A stretch of 64,000 bases of DNA from an uncultured Actinomycetota bacterium. Its GTDB lineage: Bacteria; Actinomycetota; Acidimicrobiia; Spongiisociales; UBA4744. Shown one piece after another: positions 36,924-47,440 of the stretch. Position 1 is the first letter of the stretch, and every line of letters begins with the position of its first letter. The stretch lies in the NCBI GenBank assembly GCA_963707435.1, contig CAVPPF010000005.1, positions 578,714-642,713 on the forward strand, in the 5' to 3' direction. The notes beneath the pieces were generated by a model. It saw only the letters and a list, made by a program, of their open reading frames with translations, was not told the origin of the DNA and did not search any database. The position numbers and the translations under genes are program-made.

Positions 36924-37504
36924 GCGGTGCCCTTGGTGCTCGGCACCCCGTCCCGGCGCGGATCGTCGGCAACGGCCGCCCGCAATGCCCGGGCGAGCGC
37001 TTTGAAGGCCGCCTCGGCAACGTGATGATCGTTCTGCCCCCGGGCGGTCAGATGCAGGGTGAAGCCGGCCGTCCGGGCCAGCGCCTCGAGAGCGTGGGGA
37101 ATCATCTGGGTGCTCAAGGCTCCGATCCGATCGGACGAGAAAGCCAGATCCAGCATCGCAAAGGGACGGCCACCCGCGTCGACCACCGCTGTGGCCAGTG
37201 CCTCGTCCATCGGAACGGAGGCGTCGCCGTACCGAACGATACCGGCCCGATCACCGAGCGCCTCGGCGAACGCCTGACCGAGCACCAGGGCGGTGTCTTC
37301 AACCGTGTGGTGATCGTCGATTTCGAGGTCTCCCTCGGTTTTCACCTTCAGGTCGAAGAGCCCGTGGTGAGCAAGGGAGGTGAGGAGGTGATCGAAGAAG
37401 CCGACCCCGGTCGCGACCTCGCCACGACCGGTCCCATCCAGTTCCAGGGTCAGGTCGACCCTGGTTTCACGAGTAGTTCGTTCGACGCGGGCAGATCGGC
37501 TCAT
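36920..37504 (-). CDS. hisB: Imidazoleglycerol-phosphate dehydratase
   Basis: RTTRET, DDHHTVED, PMDE, NDHHVAE, PSTKG. Confidence 0.96.
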   Translation of the reverse strand: MSRSARVERTTRETRVDLTLELDGTGRGEVATGVGFFDHLLTSLAHHGLFDLKVKTEGDLEIDDHHTVEDTALVLGQAFAEALGDRAGIVRYGDASVPMDEALATAVVDAGGRPFAMLDLAFSSDRIGALSTQMIPHALEALARTAGFTLHLTARGQNDHHVAEAAFKALARALRAAVADDPRRDGVPSTKGTA

Positions 37505-38553
37505 TTCAATCTCCTTCGAAGGGCAGCGAGCAATCGGTCGTGGGCTGCGGGCGACCGCACGGTGAAGCGGAGGTAGGCGGCCAGCGGCCCATCAGCTGGA
37601 AAGGTCCTGGTCACCAGTCCTTCGCCCATCAGCGCATCCGCCACCGCCCGCGCCTGCGGTCCCACCTCGCACAGGAGGAAGTTGGTCGACGACGGCATCA
37701 CCCGCAGTCCCAGATCGTCCAGTCCGGCGGCCAATCGCGAACGCTCTTCGATGATGGAAGCGACGGCAGATCGCATCCGATCGGGTGCCTCGAGGCCGGC
37801 GAGCGCCAGATCGACGGACAGGCTCGAAATGCTGCCGGGAGGACGGACCCCGTCCAGGGCGGCAATCAGGTCCGGGTGGCCGAGGCCGAAGCCGACCCGC
37901 ACCCCGGCCAGCCCGTATGCCTTCGACATAGTGTGCAGCACCAGCAGGTTGTGGTACCGGTCTACCCAGGGTGCCCAGTCGTCCCCGCAGAACTGCGCGT
38001 AGGCGGCATCGACCACCACCACGCCGTCGGTGGCGGCGATCACCGCCGCAATCTCTTCATCGCCCGGCCGATTTCCGATTGGGTTGGAGGGAACGCAGAG
38101 CCACACGATCTCGGCGTCGCGCGCCCCGGCCACCACGTCGTCGATGGGAAATGCAAAATCCGGAGGCTCGGCCCGAACGCTCACGGTCCGGCCGCGCACC
38201 TGGGCGGTGGCGATCCTGTACATCGGGTAGGTGGGATCCACCACGACGGCGTTCTGCCCGGGCTCGAGAAACGCCCGGGCGGCCAGCAGGATCAGCTCGT
38301 CGGCGCCGGCACCCGGGATCACCGAGTCGGGGTCCAGGCCGGTGACCCCGGCAACCGAGCGGCGAAGCGACTCGTAGCTGGCTGCCGGATACTCATTGAG
38401 ACGGGCACTCCCGCGCACAACAACATCGGCGGCCCAGTCGGTCGGAAAGGGCGATGTGTTGTGGTCGAAACGCTCGACGAGTCCGGGTTCAATCCCGGCC
38501 GCGGCAGCAATCTCTGCAGATGTCGGTTGCCACCGGTACTTGGGAAACTTCAC
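37501..38553 (-). CDS. hisC: Histidinol-phosphate aminotransferase
   Basis: GADELI, PSNPIG, TMSKAYGLAGVRVG; operon context. Confidence 0.92.
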   Translation of the reverse strand: MKFPKYRWQPTSAEIAAAAGIEPGLVERFDHNTSPFPTDWAADVVVRGSARLNEYPAASYESLRRSVAGVTGLDPDSVIPGAGADELILLAARAFLEPGQNAVVVDPTYPMYRIATAQVRGRTVSVRAEPPDFAFPIDDVVAGARDAEIVWLCVPSNPIGNRPGDEEIAAVIAATDGVVVVDAAYAQFCGDDWAPWVDRYHNLLVLHTMSKAYGLAGVRVGFGLGHPDLIAALDGVRPPGSISSLSVDLALAGLEAPDRMRSAVASIIEERSRLAAGLDDLGLRVMPSSTNFLLCEVGPQARAVADALMGEGLVTRTFPADGPLAAYLRFTVRSPAAHDRLLAALRRRLK

Positions 38554-39848
38554 CGGTTCTCCTCAAACCGCACCTCAACGGCCAGGCGGTGGGCTGTCAG
38601 CCCCTCGACGCCTGCCAGTTCCTCAATGGTGGGGCGGAGCGCGCTCAGGCCGGCCCGGGTCAGTTCCTGAACCTGGCGCCACGAACCGAAGTCCTCAACC
38701 GAGAGGGGCCCGTACGAACGGGCCAGTCCGCCCGTAGGAAGGACATGGTTGGCCCCGGTCGCATAGTCTCCGGCGGACTCCGGCGCCCACTCGCCGACGA
38801 AGACCGACCCCGCCGACGTCAGTCGTTTCGCCACCGACGGGGCGTCCGCCGTGTGCACACTCAGGTGTTCGGGGGCGAATTCGTTGGAAAAAGCAATCGC
38901 GGTCTCGAGGTCGGGCGCAACCGCCACCAGTCCGTGGTTCTCGAGTGCGGAACGGATGATCCCCTCGCGCGGCAGACCCCGGAGCATGTCCTCGGCAGCA
39001 GCCAGAATCCCGGGAAGCTGTTCGGGAGCGGTGGTGAGGAGCACCACCGGAGATTCGTCACCATGTTCGGCCTGACACAGCAGATCGACGGCCACGATCC
39101 GATCATGCGCGGAACCGTCGGTGAGGACCAGCGCTTCGCTCGGCCCGGCGGGCAGGTCGATCCCGCACACACCGAACACCGCGAGTTTGGCGGCGGTGAC
39201 CCAGTCGTTCCCGGGCCCGACGATCTTGTCGACCGGCGCAATCGTCTCCGTCCCGTAGGCCAGCGCAGCTATGGCTTGCGCTCCCCCCATCGCATACACT
39301 TCGTCGATCCCCAGCAGCGCCGCCGCCCCGAGGGTCGCTTCGTTTGGCGTACCGTCCGGGCCTGCCGGGCTGACCACGGCGATGCTCTCCACACCCGCCA
39401 CCTGGGCGGGGACCACGCCCATCAAGACCGACGACGGGTACGCCGCCCTTCCACCCGGTGCATAGACACCGACCCGGCGCAGGGGACTCCAGACTCTGGC
39501 GATCTCCACACCCGGTACCGGCGTCGCCAGGCCGTCCCGGGGCCGCTGCTGCTCGTGGACGGAGCGGATGTTGGCGATGGCGGCCTCGAGCGCCGCCACG
39601 GTCTCCTCCGGAAGATTGGTCAGGGCCGCCGTGATCCGCTCCGGGGAGATCCGGACCTGCCCGGTCGAGAGTCCGCCACCGTACTCCCGGCCGGCCGCCT
39701 CCACGGCAACATCGCCTCCGGCGGCAACGAGTTGAACGATCACTGCGGCTCGCTCTCGAATCGTCTCGTCCGGCACAACCGAGCGCCGTACCAGCGAAGA
39801 CCGCTCGGCCGGGCCGAGGGTGCTCAGATCGATCTGACGGATATCCAT
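38550..39848 (-). CDS. hisD: Histidinol dehydrogenase
   Basis: [50 protein letters not shown]. Confidence 0.96.
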   Translation of the reverse strand: MDIRQIDLSTLGPAERSSLVRRSVVPDETIRERAAVIVQLVAAGGDVAVEAAGREYGGGLSTGQVRISPERITAALTNLPEETVAALEAAIANIRSVHEQQRPRDGLATPVPGVEIARVWSPLRRVGVYAPGGRAAYPSSVLMGVVPAQVAGVESIAVVSPAGPDGTPNEATLGAAALLGIDEVYAMGGAQAIAALAYGTETIAPVDKIVGPGNDWVTAAKLAVFGVCGIDLPAGPSEALVLTDGSAHDRIVAVDLLCQAEHGDESPVVLLTTAPEQLPGILAAAEDMLRGLPREGIIRSALENHGLVAVAPDLETAIAFSNEFAPEHLSVHTADAPSVAKRLTSAGSVFVGEWAPESAGDYATGANHVLPTGGLARSYGPLSVEDFGSWRQVQELTRAGLSALRPTIEELAGVEGLTAHRLAVEVRFEENR

Positions 39849-39860
39849 CAGGTCATCCCC

Positions 39861-40718
39861 CTATACGATCAGCGACTCGATGGGCAGCACCAGGATCCCG
39901 CCGGCGCCTGCTTCCTTCAGACGCGGCAGGACCTGCCACACGTCCTGCGCGTCGACCACCGAGTGCACAGCCACCTTGCCGTTGTGGGCCAGCGGCACCA
40001 CGGAGGGCGCTTCAATTCCCGGAATGATCTCCTCGATCGCTGCGAGCGCTTCCAGGGGAGCATTCATGACCACGTACCGTTTGCTGCGAGCGGCGACGGC
40101 AGCCAGCAGCATCGTCACCACCTCTTGTTGCGCCACCGTCAGCCCATCTGCCGAGCCACGAGCGACGAGCACGGCTTGCGATTCGAGCAGCGTCGCGATT
40201 GGTCGCAGCCCGTTGACCATCATCGTGCTCCCGCTCGAAACCAGGTCGACGATCGTATCGGCCACGTCCAGCTTGGGAGCCACTTCGACCGACCCGCGCA
40301 GGGGAATCACCGTGACATCGATCCCCTGCTTGGTGAAGAATTCACCGGTGACCCGGGGATGGGCAGTCGCGACCCGCATCCCTTCCAGCCCGGCCAGGTC
40401 GTCGATCGGCGATGCGTTGGGGACGGCCGCGGTCAACCGGCACCTGCCGAACCCGAGTTCGCCGACCACCTGCAGATCGGCACCGCTTTCCTGGAGAAGG
40501 TCGAGACCGGTCACCCCGAGGGCGGCCACCCCGTCCGCCACCATCTCGCACACATCTTCTGCACGGACGAACAGCAGTTCCATGTCCACATTGGCAACCG
40601 GGGCGGACAGCGATCGCTCGGTACGCTCATACATCAGCCCGGCCTGCGAGAGCAAGCCGGCAGTGGGATTCTGCAGCCGACCCTTGTTCGGAATCGCCAA
40701 ACGCAGCACCGGCTTCAT
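39861..40718 (-). CDS. hisG: ATP phosphoribosyltransferase (long form)
   Basis: LAIPNKGRL, GSVEVAP, IVDLVSSGSTM, C-terminal regulatory domain. Confidence 0.95.
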   Translation of the reverse strand: MKPVLRLAIPNKGRLQNPTAGLLSQAGLMYERTERSLSAPVANVDMELLFVRAEDVCEMVADGVAALGVTGLDLLQESGADLQVVGELGFGRCRLTAAVPNASPIDDLAGLEGMRVATAHPRVTGEFFTKQGIDVTVIPLRGSVEVAPKLDVADTIVDLVSSGSTMMVNGLRPIATLLESQAVLVARGSADGLTVAQQEVVTMLLAAVAARSKRYVVMNAPLEALAAIEEIIPGIEAPSVVPLAHNGKVAVHSVVDAQDVWQVLPRLKEAGAGGILVLPIESLIV

Positions 40719-41020
40719 GCCGGTGCTCCCGAAGATCGCTCGAGCATCATCTGGTACCCGCCGGTACCGTGCTGAAGCCATTGATTGATCCGGGTCACGG
40801 TCGCCGTCGAGGCGCCGGTCCGCTCGGCAATCTCCCGGTAGGCGATCCCCTGCGCGAGAAGTCGCACGACGGCCCAGCGCTGGGTTATCTCCTCCAACTC
40901 CCGCAGGGTGCAGAGGTCGCGCAAGAACGCCGCTGCTTCTTCAACCGTGCGCAGCGACACGATCGCTTCGAGCAGCGGGAGGGTCTCGGCGGTCTGCCAG
41001 TCGTCACCCGGAGTCGTCAT
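40715..41020 (-). CDS. YerC/YecD TrpR-like regulator (putative HisR)
   Basis: FLRDLCTLRELEEITQRW, YREIAERTGASTATVTRI; first gene of the his operon (alternative start at 41032). Confidence 0.9.
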   Translation of the reverse strand: MTTPGDDWQTAETLPLLEAIVSLRTVEEAAAFLRDLCTLRELEEITQRWAVVRLLAQGIAYREIAERTGASTATVTRINQWLQHGTGGYQMMLERSSGAPA

Positions 41021-41043
41021 GTGCGTTCCCATTCCTTGTACGT

Positions 41044-41063
41044 TGTTTTAGCGTGATAGCACG
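41044..41063. promoter_or_regulatory. Candidate TrpR-like (HisR) operator between the his operon and hisA
   Basis: Imperfect palindrome TGTTTTAGCGTGATAGCACG. Confidence 0.5.
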
Positions 41064-41095
41064 TTAGCATGTTGCAACACCTAGAGGGGAAGCGA

Positions 41096-41821
41096 ATGGA
41101 GTTGCTGCCGGCGGTCGATGTGCTCAACGGAGCCGTGGTACGGCTCCGTCAGGGCAGAGAGAACGATGCAACGGTCTACGGAATCGACCCTTCTGCCCAA
41201 TTGCTGGCGTGGGAGGAGCAGGGCGCCCGCCTGGTGCATGTTGTCGATCTCGGAGGGGCCCTCGAAGGGGCCTGGGACGGCAGTCTGTGGCGAGAACTGG
41301 GGACCACAGGTGTTCGGTTCCAGGCGGGAGGGGGCATCCGGTCGCTCGAAGCGGCCACCGCGACCATCGACGCCGGTGCCGAACGTGTTGTTCTGGGTTC
41401 CACCGTCGTCTGGGACCCGGAGATGCTGGGCTCGGTCGTCGACTCGTTGGGGCCGGACCGGGTTGTGGCGGCGGTGGACGTACGGGACGGGATGGCGGTC
41501 GGGGCCGGGTGGACCGACCGCGGGCAGCCTCTCGACCGAGTGCTCGACCGGCTGGCCGAGGCAGGCGTCCCCCGGGCCCTGGTGACCGGAATCGCCGGGG
41601 ACGGGATGCTGACCGGCCCCGCCTTCAATCTCCTCGATCACTGTGTCGAAAGGGTGCCGGACATCGGGATCATCGCCTCCGGTGGTGTCGGCACCCTCGA
41701 CGATCTCCGGAAGCTGCGGTCGATGCCCCTCGCCGGCGTCATCGTCGGAAGGGCGCTCTACGACGGCGCCTTCACCCTCCGTGAAGGACGGGAGGTTCTC
41801 GCCGGGCGATTGAATCCCTAG
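41096..41821 (+). CDS. hisA: ProFAR isomerase (HisA/PriA family)
   Basis: LPAVDV, VRLRQG, HVVDLGGA, QAGGGIRS, DGMLTGP, IASGGV, VGRALY. Confidence 0.93.
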   Translation: MELLPAVDVLNGAVVRLRQGRENDATVYGIDPSAQLLAWEEQGARLVHVVDLGGALEGAWDGSLWRELGTTGVRFQAGGGIRSLEAATATIDAGAERVVLGSTVVWDPEMLGSVVDSLGPDRVVAAVDVRDGMAVGAGWTDRGQPLDRVLDRLAEAGVPRALVTGIAGDGMLTGPAFNLLDHCVERVPDIGIIASGGVGTLDDLRKLRSMPLAGVIVGRALYDGAFTLREGREVLAGRLNP

Positions 41822-42948
41822 GCGGGCGAGCTCGGCTCCCGCTCGGCCAGATCCACCACGACGTCCGGATCCTCTCTGCGCGCGGTCTTGAGAGGAGAAA
41901 GCGTCCCGAGCGATTCCGCCACCACGACGGCGTCGTCTCCCTGCTCGAGACGAAAATCGGTCGGCGGGTTGATGAACGAGGACCCGTTCCGGCTCACCGC
42001 CAGGACCGTCGCCTGATGGTCGCGGCGCATACGCGTCGAGAGCTCATCGATGGACACCCCGAGGTAGTCGTCGGGCAGCTCAACCCGGTACAGCTCGGAT
42101 CCCTCCCCGCCGGCGACCATGTCGGCTACCACCCGCGAAAGGCCCGGGTACATGGCGGTGCGAGCCAGGAGGTGGGCGGCCAGACGGGAGCTCACCAGCA
42201 CCTCATCGACCTTGGCGCGGCGGAAATGTTCAACGTGCTTGGGATTGTTGACTTCGACGACCGTCCGCACGTCCGGCGCCAGGTTTTCGATCGCCAGAAC
42301 GGTGAGAATCGAACGCATGTCGGCTTCATTGGAACCATCGGTCGGGCAGATGATGGCCGCCGCCGCCTCCTCGATGCCGGCCCGTTTCAGATCGTCGCCA
42401 TTGGTCGTGTCACCCCGGACGAAGTACGCGTCGTCGCCTGCCGGATTCCGATCGGCTTCATGAACGACCACGACCTTCCGGTCGAATTCATCCGAACGGA
42501 GCTCATCGATCAGGTCGCGAGCGGTGGCGTTCCATCCGCACACCACGATGTGATCCTTGTGTCCCGCTGCACCCATGCCCTGACCCTCCTTCAACAAGAA
42601 ATCGATGACAAACCCAACCAGCGCCCCGGTGATCGTCGCGAAGATGCCGATTCCGAAGAGTGCCAGCAGCCAGCCGACCACCCAGCCCAGCGGCGTCGTC
42701 ACGTGCGAGGCATCTCCCTGGCCGAGCACCGTCGTGATCCCCCAGTAGAACGACTCGGCCAACGCCGCCACCGTGAAGTCTTTCTCCAGGAGCGTGATGG
42801 CAATCGCGGCCAGCGAGACCACCACCACAAGACCGGACAGAAGGCCGAAGAAGAAACGACGGTCGACCTGTTTGGCAACGCGCCGGACGTGCCACTTGAT
42901 CCGCCGCAGCAAAGCCGAATGAAAAAGCTTGCCGATACGCTCTCTCAC
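41818..42948 (-). CDS. 2-TM ion channel with RCK (TrkA-N/TrkA-C) domain, non-canonical filter
   Basis: Two TM helices flanking FYWGITTVLGQGD; HIVVCGWN and FVRGD...LKRAGI. Confidence 0.85.
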   Translation of the reverse strand: MRERIGKLFHSALLRRIKWHVRRVAKQVDRRFFFGLLSGLVVVVSLAAIAITLLEKDFTVAALAESFYWGITTVLGQGDASHVTTPLGWVVGWLLALFGIGIFATITGALVGFVIDFLLKEGQGMGAAGHKDHIVVCGWNATARDLIDELRSDEFDRKVVVVHEADRNPAGDDAYFVRGDTTNGDDLKRAGIEEAAAAIICPTDGSNEADMRSILTVLAIENLAPDVRTVVEVNNPKHVEHFRRAKVDEVLVSSRLAAHLLARTAMYPGLSRVVADMVAGGEGSELYRVELPDDYLGVSIDELSTRMRRDHQATVLAVSRNGSSFINPPTDFRLEQGDDAVVVAESLGTLSPLKTARREDPDVVVDLAEREPSSPA

Positions 42949-43031
42949 GGAGTCCTCCCTCTCCCGACCAGGAAACTACTCGACCAAACTGCGGGGTGAC
43001 GGCCGGAGAACGAGAAAGAGGAGCAAACAGA

Positions 43032-43856
43032 ATGGATGGACACGGGCGCCGGATCCGACGTTTCTCCTTGATCGTGTCCATTGCAGGACTGACCGTTGCG
43101 GGGTTCTGGTACGGGCTCAGCGCCCTGATCGGACATCCCCTCACCAACGAGGTGCTCCTGATAGCCCATCGGGGTGGGCCCATCGACCATCCGGAGAACA
43201 CCCTCGTTGCGTTTCGCCAGGCCATCGCCGGAGGAGCCGGGTGGCTGGAGTTCGATGTCCAGATGAGCAAGGACGGTGAACTGGTCGTGATCCACGACAC
43301 CACCGTGGATCGCACCACCAACGGGGCCGGTTCAGTCGCCGACCTCACGTTCGAGGAACTGCGTTCCCTCGATGCGGGGGACGGTCAGTCGATCCCCAGC
43401 TTCACCGAAGTCCTGGACGCGGCCAGAGAGGGTGGCGTCGGTGTCATGCCGGAACTGAAATCTCCGGACCTCTATCCCGGAATCGCCAAGAAGCTGGTTG
43501 ATGTTGCCGTGGCGATGGGGTTTCGGGACCGCATGATCATCCAATCGTTTTCCGCCGAAACCCTCGATGAACTGAATCGGATCGATCGTGACTTGTCTCT
43601 CTGTGCTCTGTACGGCCCGGGAACGCTGACGGTGGGGCGTGACCAGCCGGGCGATGCGGCCTATGTGTGTCCGACCTCGCGTAGCGTCCTGATCAACCCG
43701 TGGATGATCCAGCAAGCCCATGCGCAGAAGCGGCAGGTTCTGGTGTGGTTCGGTTCGGACGAAGACGCACTGGTTGTCCGTACGCTCCTCGCACTCGGCG
43801 TCGACGGCCTCATCGTCGACGACACCCCTGCCGCCCGACGCCTGCTCGGGGATTGA
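43032..43856 (+). CDS. Glycerophosphodiester phosphodiesterase
   Basis: IAHRGG, PENTL, EFDVQMSKDG, VIHD, ELK; N-terminal TM anchor. Confidence 0.92.
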   Translation: MDGHGRRIRRFSLIVSIAGLTVAGFWYGLSALIGHPLTNEVLLIAHRGGPIDHPENTLVAFRQAIAGGAGWLEFDVQMSKDGELVVIHDTTVDRTTNGAGSVADLTFEELRSLDAGDGQSIPSFTEVLDAAREGGVGVMPELKSPDLYPGIAKKLVDVAVAMGFRDRMIIQSFSAETLDELNRIDRDLSLCALYGPGTLTVGRDQPGDAAYVCPTSRSVLINPWMIQQAHAQKRQVLVWFGSDEDALVVRTLLALGVDGLIVDDTPAARRLLGD

Positions 43857-43907
43857 AGCGGTCGGCCGCACCACATAGCTCTCTTCCGCTTCGGGTAACC
43901 TCCCCGG

Positions 43908-44543
43908 ATGTTCGCCGTGTCCGTACAAGTCGGAGCAGCCCGTCCCCTGGATCTTGGGGAGCGGACGGTGACTACCGGCATCCACAAGCAGGCCGTCGAA
44001 CAGGTCAGGCTCGAGGCGGAAGGCATTGCCGGCGATGCGGTGGTGAACACCAAACACCACGGAGGACCGGATCAGGCCGTCTACGTGTATTCGGCGGAGG
44101 ACTACGAGTGGTGGAAGACTGAGCTGGGCCGTTCGCTGCAACCCGGGACATTCGGCGAGAACTTGACAATCTCGGCGACTCCCGAGACGGTCCGGATCGG
44201 CGACCGGATTCAGATTGGAGACACGCTGCTCGAGGTGACGGCTCCCCGGATTCCCTGCGCGACCTTTGCCGCCCGGATGGGCGAGACGGGTTGGATCCGC
44301 CGGTTTCGCGATGCCAACCGTCCCGGCTTCTACTGCCGGGTCCTGCAGACGGGCACCGTGCGACCCGGCGACCGAGCGAAGTGGGCCGCTGCGCCCGAAG
44401 CCAACGTCACGTTGGATGAGATGGTCGAGCACTTCTACGCAACCGAAGTCCCCCTGTCGGATGTCCATCGGGCTCTGGCTTCACCGATCGCGATTCGTTC
44501 CCGAACCGAATACGAGGCCCGGCTCACCGCTTCCGTCGATTGA
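43908..44543 (+). CDS. MOSC-domain protein (YiiM-like)
   Basis: TGIHK, HHGGPDQAVY, FGENLT, PRIPC, GFYCRVL. Confidence 0.92.
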   Translation: MFAVSVQVGAARPLDLGERTVTTGIHKQAVEQVRLEAEGIAGDAVVNTKHHGGPDQAVYVYSAEDYEWWKTELGRSLQPGTFGENLTISATPETVRIGDRIQIGDTLLEVTAPRIPCATFAARMGETGWIRRFRDANRPGFYCRVLQTGTVRPGDRAKWAAAPEANVTLDEMVEHFYATEVPLSDVHRALASPIAIRSRTEYEARLTASVD

Positions 44544-44636
44544 CCGAACCGCAAGCTCACGCAATGCCCGCTCCTGGATTCATGCACGGCACCACGAAAT
44601 ACGCCACAATGTCCCGACCTTCGCAGAAATGGCACC

Positions 44637-46328
44637 GTGATCAATTTCGCTCTTGAAGTCGCAGCCCAGACCGAGGCCGCGGAGAACATCGACTACTTCC
44701 TCCTGGCCGTTGGATTGCTCGGGGGACTCGCCATCTTCCTCCTGGGGATGGACAAGATGACCGAGTCGATGAAGCTGCTCGCCGGCGGAAGGCTGCGGGG
44801 GATCCTGCTCCGCATGACGTCGGGCCGCTCGGCAGGACTCGCTACCGGCGCCGGCATCACCGCCCTCGTCCAATCATCGTCCGTCACGACCGTTCTGCTC
44901 GTCGGCTTCGTCACCTCGGGGCTCATGACGTTCGAACAGACCCTCCCGGTCATCCTCGGAGCAAACATCGGTTCGACGGTCACGGCGCAACTCATCGCTT
45001 TCAAAGTGACCAGCTATGCATTGCTCGCCGTAGTGTTCGGATACGCGATTTCGTTCCTTTCGAAGAGCGGACCGCGGCAGGCCCAGGGAACTGCCCTGAT
45101 GGGATTGGGGCTCGTGTTCTTCGGTATGAGCCTCATGGGTGACGCCATGTCACCCCTCCGCTCGGCCGATTCCTTCATCGACGCTATGGCCCGGATGGAA
45201 AACCCCCTGCTGGGTATCGCCGTTGGAGCCGGGTTCACTGCCCTCGTTCAATCGTCGGCTGCGACGACCGGCATCGTCATCGTGCTGGCCCAGCAGGGCC
45301 TAATCACCCTGGACTCAGGAATCGCTCTCATCCTGGGCGCCAACATCGGAACCTCGGTTACTGCCTTGCTGGCAGCCATTGGAAAGCCACGTGAGGCCTT
45401 GCGAGCCAGCGTTGCTCATACCCTCTTCAACGTCGGCGGGGTGCTGGTGTGGCTGCCGCTGGTCGGAGTGCTGGTGACGATCGTCCAGAGCATCGGAGGA
45501 GGGATCGGTCGTGAAATTGCCAACGCCCACACCATCTTCAACCTGATCAACGCCTTCCTGGTGATCGGGTTCGTCCCGGCCTTCGCCCGTCTCGTGCAGC
45601 GCCTGGTCAAGGACCGGCCGGAGGGCCTCGAACAGGTGATCACCGCCAGGTACCTCGACCGCGAACTGCTGAAGACGCCCACCCTGGCCCTCGATCGTGC
45701 CCGGCTGGAACTGCTCCGGATGGCCGACCGGGTGCGTGACATGCTCCGACAGATACTTCCGGCGCTGCTCACGGGCGACCGCTGGACGCTCCTCGATCTC
45801 GAGTCTCTGGACGACGAGGTAGACGCACTCCACGGTCATATCATCAGCTACCTGGGACAGATCAGTCAGACGCGCCTCAGCGCAGAAAGCACCCAGGAGT
45901 TGATCGATCTCATGGAAGCCACCAACGACCTCGAAGCGATCGGTGATCTCATCGAGACCAACCTGGTGGGTCTCGGTATGACCCGCATGGAGGAAGGCCT
46001 GACGGTGAGCGCCAAGACCCGGACCGTCTTGACCGAATTGCATGCGGCGGTGGCCGAGTCGCTCGATCTGGCGATGATGGCGCTGACCCAGAAAAACGCC
46101 GACGCCGCCCGCCGGGTGGGCAAGATGAAGAAGCAGATCAACAGCATGGAGCGGTCCGCCGCCGCCCACGAGGCATCACGCCTGGTGGCCGATGCCCCCG
46201 ACCGGATTGCCCACTACCGGTTCGAGATCGACGTCATCGCCGCCCTGAAGAGGATCTACTACTTCTCCAAGCGTATTGCCCGGGTATCGGTACCTGAAGC
46301 TGAGAAGGCGGCCATGACCGAGGAGTAG
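44637..46328 (+). CDS. Na+/Pi cotransporter family protein with PhoU-like C-terminus
   Basis: Two QSSS/QSSA...GANIG repeats; ANAHTIFN; DLEAIGD. Confidence 0.92.
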   Translation: MINFALEVAAQTEAAENIDYFLLAVGLLGGLAIFLLGMDKMTESMKLLAGGRLRGILLRMTSGRSAGLATGAGITALVQSSSVTTVLLVGFVTSGLMTFEQTLPVILGANIGSTVTAQLIAFKVTSYALLAVVFGYAISFLSKSGPRQAQGTALMGLGLVFFGMSLMGDAMSPLRSADSFIDAMARMENPLLGIAVGAGFTALVQSSAATTGIVIVLAQQGLITLDSGIALILGANIGTSVTALLAAIGKPREALRASVAHTLFNVGGVLVWLPLVGVLVTIVQSIGGGIGREIANAHTIFNLINAFLVIGFVPAFARLVQRLVKDRPEGLEQVITARYLDRELLKTPTLALDRARLELLRMADRVRDMLRQILPALLTGDRWTLLDLESLDDEVDALHGHIISYLGQISQTRLSAESTQELIDLMEATNDLEAIGDLIETNLVGLGMTRMEEGLTVSAKTRTVLTELHAAVAESLDLAMMALTQKNADAARRVGKMKKQINSMERSAAAHEASRLVADAPDRIAHYRFEIDVIAALKRIYYFSKRIARVSVPEAEKAAMTEE

Positions 46329-46446
46329 TCGGCTCCCTTCAGATGACCTCACAACAACCCGGGGAGCGCACGAACCCCTCTTCGCCGGGTTGACCCAGTT
46401 CAGGTGCACCTGCTCCGGCGCCACATAGCGGCATCTCGACTGGCGT

Positions 46447-47304
46447 TCAGACGGTTCGCCAGTGGGTCAAGTCACGACCCAGGAGGTTCTCGAGTTCGAG
46501 GATGTCTGCCTCGAAGAGGGGCAGAAGGGCTGCTCGCTCCTCAGGAGTGATGTATTGCCGCTCGAGATTGGCGTTCTTGGCCCTCCGGAGCGACTTGATG
46601 ATCCGCTTTGGCAGAAAGGGAGTCAGCACCTTCTTGATCGGGTTCTTGCCCGCCAGCAACCAGTGCAGCCCCTTCACCTTCGGAACTCCCGAAACGGTGA
46701 GCTGGATGTCGGTATCGACGGGGACATCGGGGTCAATCCTGAGGAACGCAAAGACCTCTCGTACCACTCTGGGCGCATCGGACTTGAGGTCGTCGTTGAG
46801 GACCACCTTGATCTGCTCGGCAGGGAATACGGACAAGAACCTGGACAGGTGCCGGTGATAGAGGCCGGTCGTGATGTAATTGATGCGCTGGCCATCTGGG
46901 CGCTCCGGATCGGCCTCGATGGCCTCGAGGAAGCTCTCTTCGGGTTCGCTCTTTCGCATGCGTTGAAATACGAACTCCGAGAATGCTCGTGCGCATGGGT
47001 CCCGCAGAATCGCGACCAAACGCACATCGGGAATGAGTTCGAAGATCCTGCCCGCCGCCTGATCGTCCGCCAGGTAGGTGGGAGAGCCGTCTCCAACGGC
47101 CGGGTAGTTTTCCGAACCCTCAAAGAGCTTCTCGTAACTCTCGAGCGTCTGCGCCTTGCCCTCTTTGTAGATCTTGCCGGCCCAGAAGTACCCGGGTTCC
47201 TTGTGTCCACCGGGAAAGACGTCCGGGTGCTGACGCAGGTAGTGCCAGAGAGATGTCGTACCCGCCTTGGGCGCACCGATGACCATGAAATTGGGAAGGG
47301 GCAT
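46447..47304 (-). CDS. PAPS-dependent sulfotransferase
   Basis: PNFMVIGAPKAGTTSL, KEPGYF, LRDPCARAFS. Confidence 0.9.
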   Translation of the reverse strand: MPLPNFMVIGAPKAGTTSLWHYLRQHPDVFPGGHKEPGYFWAGKIYKEGKAQTLESYEKLFEGSENYPAVGDGSPTYLADDQAAGRIFELIPDVRLVAILRDPCARAFSEFVFQRMRKSEPEESFLEAIEADPERPDGQRINYITTGLYHRHLSRFLSVFPAEQIKVVLNDDLKSDAPRVVREVFAFLRIDPDVPVDTDIQLTVSGVPKVKGLHWLLAGKNPIKKVLTPFLPKRIIKSLRRAKNANLERQYITPEERAALLPLFEADILELENLLGRDLTHWRTV

Positions 47305-47440
47305 GAAGTCCTCTAGATCTTTTGCCGCAAGCCTAGGCCGCCGCCCCGGAGCGATCGGATCCGGCCCCCGCAGTTCGCCGGTACACTCGCGGCCAATTTG
47401 GCTCGTGGGCCTACCTGCCCATCCCGAAGGAAGTGCGCGT

